DNA from: Zygophlyctis sp. KS116
Lineage: Eukaryota; Fungi; Chytridiomycota
Direction of reading: 5' to 3'
NCBI GenBank assembly: GCA_054661495.1
Contig: BAAFSQ010000376.1
Location: forward strand, 1 to 8,529
DNA length: 8,529 nt
The first letter of the stretch is position 1. The number at the start of each line of letters is the position of its first letter. The translations under genes and the position numbers were made by a program. Shown here piece after piece: positions 1 through 6,972 of this stretch. The notes below the pieces were generated by a model that saw nothing but the letters and a program-made list of their open reading frames with translations, did no database searches and had not been told where the DNA came from.

Positions 1-2
1 TA

Positions 3-140
3 TTAATTGGCTCGGTTGAAATAGTAAAACGCTTACTGGCTGATGAAAGAGTACAAAAATCGATCCTGAATGATCCATGGATTTTAGAAAGAGTAGAAAA
101 GATGAATTTGAAGAACGAGATCACGCATAAAAAGATTTGA
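3..140 (+). CDS. 3' end of an ankyrin-repeat protein (partial, runs off the left edge)
   Basis: Open frame from position 3: LIGSVEIVKRLLADERVQKSILNDPWILERVEKMNLKNEITHKKI*, TGA at 138-140. GSVEIVKRLLADERV matches the ankyrin G-x-x-E-I-V-K-x-L-L helix and resembles the repeats of the next gene (GRVEIVKVLLLDTRV). Confidence 0.65.
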   Translation, partial: LIGSVEIVKRLLADERVQKSILNDPWILERVEKMNLKNEITHKKI

Positions 141-229
141 ATTTCTAACTGCTGATTGGGCGAGCGTTGCAGGTTGTCAACTGTTTGTCCACATTTTGTC
201 CGAAAGTACGAGGTTCGGGTGCAAAGATT

Positions 230-925
230 ATGTTTTTCAAACATTTACCATTAGAAATACTGTTCATGATCACCGAAAGGCTTGAATTGAGAGATGCATC
301 TCAGTTCTGTCAGGCTCTTAAGATCTCTCAAGAATTGGCTTATCAGTATCACAAGTTTGATGAAAGAGAATACAGTTCGTTGACGTCAACGATTTACGAT
401 TTTGATAAGAGGAAAGTAGAAAATCCGAATTTTGCTAAAGCAATGCTGAAGAATTCTAGCTTTCAATCTTCAGGTGATGCGAATGATAAAGTCACTTTTG
501 CCATTTTAAGTCAAGATCTTGATTTGGTGAGGGATGCTCTCAAAGATCCAAGAATTAATCATGACAAAGGCTATTATAGAAGCGGCTCTATATGGAAGAG
601 TAGAAATCGTCAAAGTTTTACTGTTAGATACTAGAGTAAATCCATCTGCGAGACGAAATGGAGCATTCGTCGCGGCCTGTAGGAATGTAAATATAGAAGT
701 TTTCAAACTTTTACTGTCAGATCCTCGAGTCGATCCTACAGATGAGTTAAATCAAGCCCTAGCTGTTGTGCACAGAATCTAGACGCTGAAATTTTCAAAC
801 TGTTAGTAGCAGATCCTAAAGTCGATCCTTCCGATAGAATGATCAAGCAAATACTCAGGATGATCAGAAAGCAAAATTGGAATCGGAATCGGATAGCTTT
901 TTTAGTATATGAAAGAATAAAATAA
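230..925 (+). pseudogene. F-box plus ankyrin-repeat (DPRVDP-type) gene broken by frameshifts
   Basis: ATG at 230 gives MFFKHLPLEILFMITERLELRDASQFCQAL (F-box-like LPxEIL..I...L...D). Four ankyrin-like units follow across changing frames: ...DLVRDALKDPRIN (frame of 230); after a shift near 560-570, AIIEAALYGRVEIVKVLLLDTRVNPS and GAFVAACRNVNIEVFKLLLSDPRVDPT; after a shift near 765, back in the first frame, CAQNLDAEIFKLLVADPKVDPSD...TAA at 923-925. No 24-31 nt GT-AG intron repairs either shift. Confidence 0.7.
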
Positions 926-987
926 TCAATTAGACATGATTTGTCGTTTTAGGAAAAAGAGATCAGATTGCTAATTTATGATTTCTT

Positions 988-1018
988 GTATACTTTTAAT
1001 TATAATTATTATTTTCAG
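988..1018 (+). other. Probable 31-nt intron upstream of exportin-7 (5' UTR intron, or intron of a small unrecognised exon set)
   Basis: GTATACTTTTAATTATAATTATTATTTTCAG has the same GTA start, length range, AT richness and YAG end as the 28 coding introns. There is no reading-frame constraint to confirm it. Confidence 0.45.
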
Positions 1019-1122
1019 TCCCTTGGGTTTGTATCAGATTGTGACATGCATGTCCGATCGTGGCTGCTCAGTCTGTGGGTATGGTTTTGGTTGCTCCTGA
1101 GCCTTTGCAGTTCAATTGGGAC
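1018..1122 (+). other. Unassigned GC-rich self-complementary element (structured 5' leader or ncRNA candidate)
   Basis: 53 of 105 bases are G/C in an otherwise AT-rich window. Ends pair (GTCCC 1018-1022 / GGGAC 1118-1122, extended by TTGGGTT/AGTTCAA with G-U pairs). Perfect palindrome GACATGCATGTC at 1043-1054. GCTCAG 1066-1071 pairs with CTGAGC 1097-1102. Confidence 0.35.
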
Positions 1123-1126
1123 ATAA

Positions 1127-4100
1127 ATGAATCTTGAACTATTTGAGAAATATGCGGAGTCTCTCTATTCTAACGCTTCTTCAAAAGAGACTCATGAAAA
1201 CATGGTAAAGATGATTTTTAGTTTGTCTGATAATCAATTAAACAATTATGCAGAAACGTTAAAAATTACAAAAAATCCATTTGCACAGCTATGGATTCTA
1301 TCACAGTTGAAGGAATTTATAATCTCATATTTGAATTTATTGGACGCCAGGCAGGTTTTAGAGTTGAGTAATTTGATCGTTTCTAACCTTTGCAGGAGCT
1401 TTTATTCTTACCATGTTCACAAATTCAACATCTTCCTTTGTAAACGCTTCGTTGGTTCAGGTGTTTGGAATCTTAACTGTGCTCGGTTGGTGGATGTCGG
1501 AAGAAATACAAAATTTACAAAATGATTTGGTTATTTTTCAAAATTCTCAGTACAGTGATTTGCAAAAGATTGGCATTGATTTACTTAATTCCGTTGTAAT
1601 GGAGATGAATTATTCTACATCGAGTTTAAAGAAAATGCCCAAACATAGAAAAACTGCAGTGAATTTCAGGGATAACTGCTTGCTCAATATTTTCAAAAAT
1701 GCTGTAAATGGACTCAATTACTATAAAGATTCAAAATTACGTGAATCAAGTCTTATCTTGTGTAGAAATTGTCTGATTTTTGATTTTATTGGTAAGATCA
1801 CAAACATAAATTTTAAGGAATTAATCCAGACGAGTCTTGTGAAGATATTGGTAGTTTGCAATTGCCGCAAACATGGAAAGAAATAGTGCTAGAAAAGTCA
1901 ACGATTGAGAGGTTTTTTCAAATTTTTTCAACATTGTCCGGAAAAGAATCATCAATGGTATTTTAGGAATTTAATGAACACTTTTTAGGCTTTAGAGGTT
2001 TTAGGACTCTTAGTCTCTGCGAGAAGATCATTGTTTACAGATACTGAAAAAACGGAATATTTAGAGAGAGTTTTGATAGCTTCTTCAAATTCTATGGCGG
2101 TTTTATCAAGGGCAGAGCCGGAATCAGAGTGCCATCTTGGTATATATTCTTATTTAAAATTTTAGAATTTTGTCGTCTTCTTGCTAGAATCAAGCATGTC
2201 TATCAAGCTGATGAGTTATTATCTTCCGTGTCATTTGAATCATTCTTGTCCGTTTTGACACAATATTCTTTTTCAAGATTAAGTACAGAAGTATATTGAT
2301 TTTGATAAATTTATAGTGGGATTTGAATGGGCTAAATTATCTTTTCAACTTTTTAGGAAAGCTGGCTTCCACTATTCCGCATTTGATAGACTCCAGATCT
2401 AATATGCAGAAAAAGGTTGGAGAAGAAATGGTCAATATTTTCAATGCTTTTCTTTTAAAGGCAGATTCGGATTCTGGTTTGGAGGAATTAGGCACCTTTT
2501 TGGACGAGGAAGAAGATTTTGAAATATTTTTGGAAGTTGTTGCACCTCTTATGCGAGTTAATTATGAAATTCATGCAAATATTATTGAAAACAAAATCCT
2601 TCATTGGATTCCGCAATACGAAGTATGGTAAATAATGTTAATCTTGTAGAATTTCTTTCAGAGCATTTCTCCAACTCGGCAGGCTACGGTATTTGAAAAT
2701 CATCGTGCTGAAAGAATTGCAAGTATTGTATCTACTGTTTTATATCTTAGGAATTTTGGCTTTCTGCATTTATATTGCAAGCGCTGCAGTCGGTGCTAGG
2801 TATTATATTAAGATTGATTGTAGACTTCCTTATGAATCATCAGAAGAATGCGATTATTTAGATGGTGTTCTAGCAGCGACAATTTTACAGATGATGAATC
2901 GATTAAACCAGGTATCATAAAAATATTAAAATGCTAGTATACGCGATTGGTGCATCAATGTTTGGAACTGGCATACCTTAGTTTCATGAGAAATTTTAGG
3001 CGAATTTACATTGGGGATTCTACGCATCGTGCTTCAAAAGTTTACAAACGACTTAGTGACCTACTTCAAATGACTGATCAGAATGGGGTTTTGGAAGCAA
3101 TTGTGAAAAAGATGTACTAAAGCTAAATTAATATAAAGTGAGGGAAATCTTCGGTTTGGGTTTCACCTTCCTAAAGTTATGGATCAAAGTCTTTCTCTCT
3201 TTTTAGAACTGGCCAATGGGTATAATATCAATCCGATTAATCTTAGATATTCATCCGTTCGAAATTTGCGCAAATCTGAAACGGCTCAATTTCTATTGGC
3301 GAACCATTCTGCTGATTTTTTCCCGTTTTTAGAAATAAGCCATCAATCAAAAAATAGATCGAGATATTACACAGCATTAGCCAAAATTCTCTTTGCAGGA
3401 GAACCTGATACATTTGAGCCCGGATTTTATCAATTTAGTAAGTCTATATCTGTTGATGATTTAGTAAAGCCCTTTAGTGTAGCTTTAACAGAGCTTGCCC
3501 AAATTCAAGATCCAAATTTGATGCGACAGGACCGTGTAAAGGTACGTTTGTCATTATTTAGTTCTAGAGTCTAGCGGGCGGACTATTTAGGGACCTGAGG
3601 TGAAATCACATTACTAAACTTTTAGAGGATTTTTGAATGGATGTCAAAACAAAAAGACTTATATTCTATTCTTTGAATGGTTTTTCCCGTACTATCAAGT
3701 ATTAGAACAAGTTTTCGAAGCAAATTTTGATGATTCATTGTGTATAGTCATTCTTAGATTCATTTCGGAGCTTGTAACAAATACTTCACAGGTAATTGTA
3801 TTTACTCATCAAATAGAGGCTCTCATTTGATATTTCTTCTCCAAACGGGGTATTATTATTTCAAAACGTTAGTGGGACCTTGGCTGTTTTGGGTATTCTG
3901 AATTTTAAATAATTGTTAGCCCACTTTCTATCAAAACAAGGGCAAATAGGGTCCTCTGACATTTGGAACAAACGATACAAGAAAATACTACTTTATTGGT
4001 AATTTTCGATTTTAATTTCTAGTGATATATTTCGAAACATTCTTGCTGGAAGATATGTCCCATTTGGAGTGTTTCGTATTTTTAATGATCAATCCCTTGA

Positions 4101-4781
4101 TCGAACCTTGGAAGGATTTTTCCAACTTTCTGTGACGATACCGGAACCTGATCTTTTAGTAAATTTAAATGATTTTGATCCAAGGCCTATGTTAAACTAT
4201 CATCGTCTTTTTTTAGCTGTTTTTGTATTTTAAGCAGTGAACAAATATTCTTGATGCCTTTTCTTGATAAAGAAATTTTGGAAAAGTTGTTACGAGTTTC
4301 TGTTGAAGCAATCAAGGCTGATTCTTATGTCTCATCTCAAGCATGCAGGTAATTTTTATATTAATTATTCTAGTACTATTGACAATCTCTTGTCCTTTGT
4401 AATTAAACAAGGCTCTAAACCGCATTTCCTTTGTAGTCATTTATCTGAACTCACCCATGTGATCCATCTTATGATTGTAACTATATGGGAAGTTATTCTC
4501 TGGAACGAACCTGAAAACCTATGGTCTCTTTCACGACCTCTTTTACCTCTTATATTATTGGACCAAACCTTTTTCCAGCAGTATGTGGAAGCTCTCTGTG
4601 CTGAACAACCTGCGATCCGCCAAGCCTCATTCCGAAATGTATATATTTTTATTTTTAATTTTAGGAGTTTGTATCATTAATGGAAGGTGTTGAGTTCTCA
4701 ATGAGCACAAAGAATCGTGACAAATTTACACAAAACCTGCAGACTTTTAGACGTGAATTATCAGTCAAAATAAACTTTTGA
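1127..4781 (+). CDS. XPO7: Exportin-7 / RanBP16-17 family karyopherin-beta, 1042 aa, 21 exons
   Basis: join(1127..1367,1396..1791,1818..1957,1989..2139,2166..2290,2317..2622,2650..2722,2751..2799,2824..2911,2938..3113,3139..3219,3247..3437,3465..3541,3568..3599,3626..3791,3817..3892,3920..3998,4023..4158,4185..4348,4374..4638,4665..4781). Removing 20 GT-AG introns (526 nt) leaves 3129 nt, one open frame of 1043 codons. Family motifs restored or present: [112 protein letters not shown]. Confidence 0.93.
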
Positions 4782-4815
4782 TGTCTGATTACTTGATTGC
4801 CTTGAAAAAACACGC

Positions 4816-4833
4816 AAAAATTTCCAAGTTTTT
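4816..4833 (+). promoter_or_regulatory. Candidate core-promoter motif AAAAATTTCCAAGTTTTT upstream of RPB5
   Basis: 17/18 identical to the sense-strand sequence upstream of NDUFB10 (6868-6885, minus); ends 36 nt before the RPB5 ATG. Confidence 0.4.
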
Positions 4834-4869
4834 TAGGTCAATGCCATTGACAAGGCTCAGGTTGTAAAA

Positions 4870-5553
4870 ATGGAATCCGAAGAAAGAGAAATCGTTCGAC
4901 TCTGGAGAATCTACAAGACAATCCATGAGATGGTTCAAGATAGAGTATGATCATTTGTTTTAATTAAAACCTTAGGGATACATTGTCTCTAAAACAGAGC
5001 TTGAACAACCCCTAGAAGAATTTAAAGATCAGTTTAGTAAAAGTGGCACCATTGAGTAATTTCTTTAATTTTTATAAAAAGTCGAAATGCACTTTGTTTT
5101 TTGATAGAACATTCAGAAAACTCTTCTGATCAATTACTAGTGTTTTTCTGTGAAGATGAATCTGTAGGAATAAAACCAATTAGAAAAATTGTCGAAAGAA
5201 TGGTTTCACAGTCTATTTTCAAGGGAATTATTGTTTATCAAAAGTCTATGACTCCATCGGCCACTAAAGTAATTCAAGAAATGGCTCCAAAGTATCAATT
5301 GGAAAGTTTTCAGGAAAATGAAATTATTATTAATATAACTAAACATGTACTAGTACCTGCACATCAAGTACTCTCAGAAGAAGCTAAACAAACATTACTT
5401 AAACGTTATAGACTTAAAGATACTCAGTTACCTCGTATTCTAAGTTCAGATCCTATTGCAAGGTATTATGGACTTAAAAGAGGACAAGTAGTTAAAATTG
5501 TTCGACCTTCAGAAACAGCAGGAAAATATGTGACTTATCGATTATGTTTCTAG
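4870..5553 (+). CDS. RPB5: DNA-directed RNA polymerases I, II and III shared subunit RPABC1, 208 aa, 3 exons
   Basis: join(4870..4944,4976..5055,5082..5553) = 627 nt; introns of 31 and 26 nt. N-terminus MESEEREIVRLWRIYKTIHEMVQDRGY; C-terminal domain NITKHVLVPAH...QLPRILSSDPIARYYGLKRGQVVKIVRPSETAGKYVTYRLC is typical Rpb5. Confidence 0.97.
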
Positions 5554-5568
5554 GAACTAATTTAGAAA

Positions 5569-6522
5569 ATGAAGAATTTTACTATTCTAACTAGATGTTT
5601 GAGAATGAATCAATGCAAAAGACTATCGGCTCTGTCCCCTGGATTACCACTGTCCCCTGTTCCTACAGGATCAGCAAAAACTGGAAAATGGTCAAGAGTT
5701 GGAGTTGGAATCTTTGGTTTGGGAATATTATCATTGGATCTTTACTATTATCTCTACCATTATCAAGTCATTAAATGTCTAGATGAGGATGAATACCAGG
5801 AATTTCAAGTCTTGGATATTGATAAAGTCAATCATGATACATTTAAAATTAAAGTAGAAACAAGAATTCTAGATTTAATTAAATCTCAACCGATTCCTTG
5901 TCCAGCTCATGTATCTGTAAAGGATGATTCTTGTCAGATTGCTAGATCTTATACTCCTATACAAGTAGATAGAGAGTCGATTACTTTACTCGTAAAACGT
6001 TATGCTAATGGATCAGTCTCTAGAATGTTGACTAATCTTAAAAATGGGGATAAAGTCTGGTTAAGAGGACTTATTCCTACATTTACTTATACTCCAAATA
6101 GAGTAGATTCCTTGATTATGATTGCAGGAGGAACAGGAATTACTCCAATGTATCAATTGGCTTCTAGTATTCTAAAATCTGATCAAAATACTCAAATAAC
6201 TCTATTATATGCAAATAAATCTAAAAACGATATTCTATTAAAGTCTGAATTGGATGAATTAGCCTCAAAATACCCAAAATTTACTATTAAATACACTCTG
6301 GAAGACTATGATTCTGAATGGGATCAAGGAAAAGGAAGAATTACAAGAGCTGATTTAAAGGATTTTACAACTTTTAAAGACTCGATTGCATTTATTGTTT
6401 GTGGACCACTAGGACTCATTGAATCTATTGCAGGTCCTAGAATTTCTAATGATGATCAAGGACATTTGGGAGGATATTTAAAGGAATTAGGATTTCAAGA
6501 TGGTCAAGTATTAAAGTTATAA
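5569..6522 (+). CDS. Mitochondrial NADH-cytochrome b5 reductase family flavoprotein (Cyc2/Mcr1-like), 317 aa, intronless
   Basis: FAD-binding RSYTP and LLVKRYANGSVS; NAD-binding MIAGGTGITPMYQ, LLYANK and VCGP; C-terminal GGYLKELGFQDGQVLKL. The Arg/Lys/Ser-rich, acid-free N-terminus followed by a hydrophobic segment (VGVGIFGLGILSL) suggests mitochondrial targeting and a membrane anchor. Subfamily not resolved; a second in-frame ATG lies at 5605. Confidence 0.9.
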   Translation: MKNFTILTRCLRMNQCKRLSALSPGLPLSPVPTGSAKTGKWSRVGVGIFGLGILSLDLYYYLYHYQVIKCLDEDEYQEFQVLDIDKVNHDTFKIKVETRILDLIKSQPIPCPAHVSVKDDSCQIARSYTPIQVDRESITLLVKRYANGSVSRMLTNLKNGDKVWLRGLIPTFTYTPNRVDSLIMIAGGTGITPMYQLASSILKSDQNTQITLLYANKSKNDILLKSELDELASKYPKFTIKYTLEDYDSEWDQGKGRITRADLKDFTTFKDSIAFIVCGPLGLIESIAGPRISNDDQGHLGGYLKELGFQDGQVLKL

Positions 6523-6855
6523 TTAAGAGTCTGTTGATTCAGATTTCCACCTGAGCGGTTTAAAGTATCCATTCTTCATTTCTCCCAATAAATCCATATA
6601 CTGTTGGGCCAATTCACGGCAATTCTTAAAGTGATTGACTCCTTCACGACGATAACACCATTTAAGTTTATCTCTCAAGACAATAATTTCTTCGGCTCGA
6701 ACTGATTGTTCGTGGAAATATGTTTTTCTGGCTTTATGGACAGCAGGAATGTCTAACGGTTAACTGTTGTGAATTACCGGTAAAGTTTTCAACAATTGGA
6801 GGTTCTGGGACTGGAGATATCTAGATATTATCACATGAAAAGATACCTCGACCAT
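6523..6855 (-). CDS. NDUFB10: NADH:ubiquinone oxidoreductase (complex I) accessory subunit PDSW / fungal 12-kDa type, 93 aa, 3 exons
   Basis: complement(join(6523..6752,6778..6820,6847..6855)) = 282 nt; introns 6821-6846 (26 nt) and 6753-6777 (25 nt). Protein MVEISPVPEPPIVENFTDIPAVHKARKTYFHEQSVRAEEIIVLRDKLKWCYRREGVNHFKNCRELAQQYMDLLGEMKNGYFKPLRWKSESTDS contains the family signature CYxxEGVNHxxNC. Confidence 0.9.
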
Positions 6856-6867
6856 TTCAGACTGAAG

Positions 6868-6885
6868 AAAAAGTTGGAAATTTTT
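6868..6885 (-). promoter_or_regulatory. Candidate core-promoter motif AAAAATTTCCAACTTTTT upstream of NDUFB10
   Basis: Near-identical copy of the motif upstream of RPB5, in the same orientation relative to its gene, 12 nt before the ATG. Confidence 0.4.
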
Positions 6886-6972
6886 TCCTCAAATTTTTTT
6901 GTTTATAATTCACAATTTAATGAATTTTATATTTTATATCTATAAATCTGACTGATCCATTTTGAATTTAGG

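Noticed and set aside
167-229. N-terminal extension of the F-box ORF from the TTG at 167
   Set aside because: Non-ATG start in a eukaryote; the ATG at 230 sits directly at the F-box motif.
506-706. 66-aa minus-strand ORF
   Set aside because: Antisense shadow of the ankyrin repeats; no recognisable motif.
905-952. Intron linking the F-box/ankyrin gene to the Cys-rich frame at 953-1100
   Set aside because: It would need 48 nt, outside the 24-31 nt range; the in-range acceptor at 933 leads straight to a stop.
1018-1122. 5S rRNA, tRNA-Sec, U5 snRNA, SECIS or riboswitch identity for the GC-rich element
   Set aside because: Only short coincidental matches (GTCCGATC, GTTCAATT, GCCTTT); the spacing and remaining conserved motifs of those families are missing.
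1127-4781. Exportin fragments as a pseudogene, programmed frameshifting, or several separate genes
   Set aside because: Every frame break coincides with a 24-31 nt GT-AG segment, and removing them yields a single 1043-codon frame with continuous family motifs.
5911-5937. Possible 27-nt GTA...CAG intron inside the reductase
   Set aside because: It encodes VSVKDDSCQ, the strand expected just before the RSYTP FAD motif, and is less AT-rich than the real introns.
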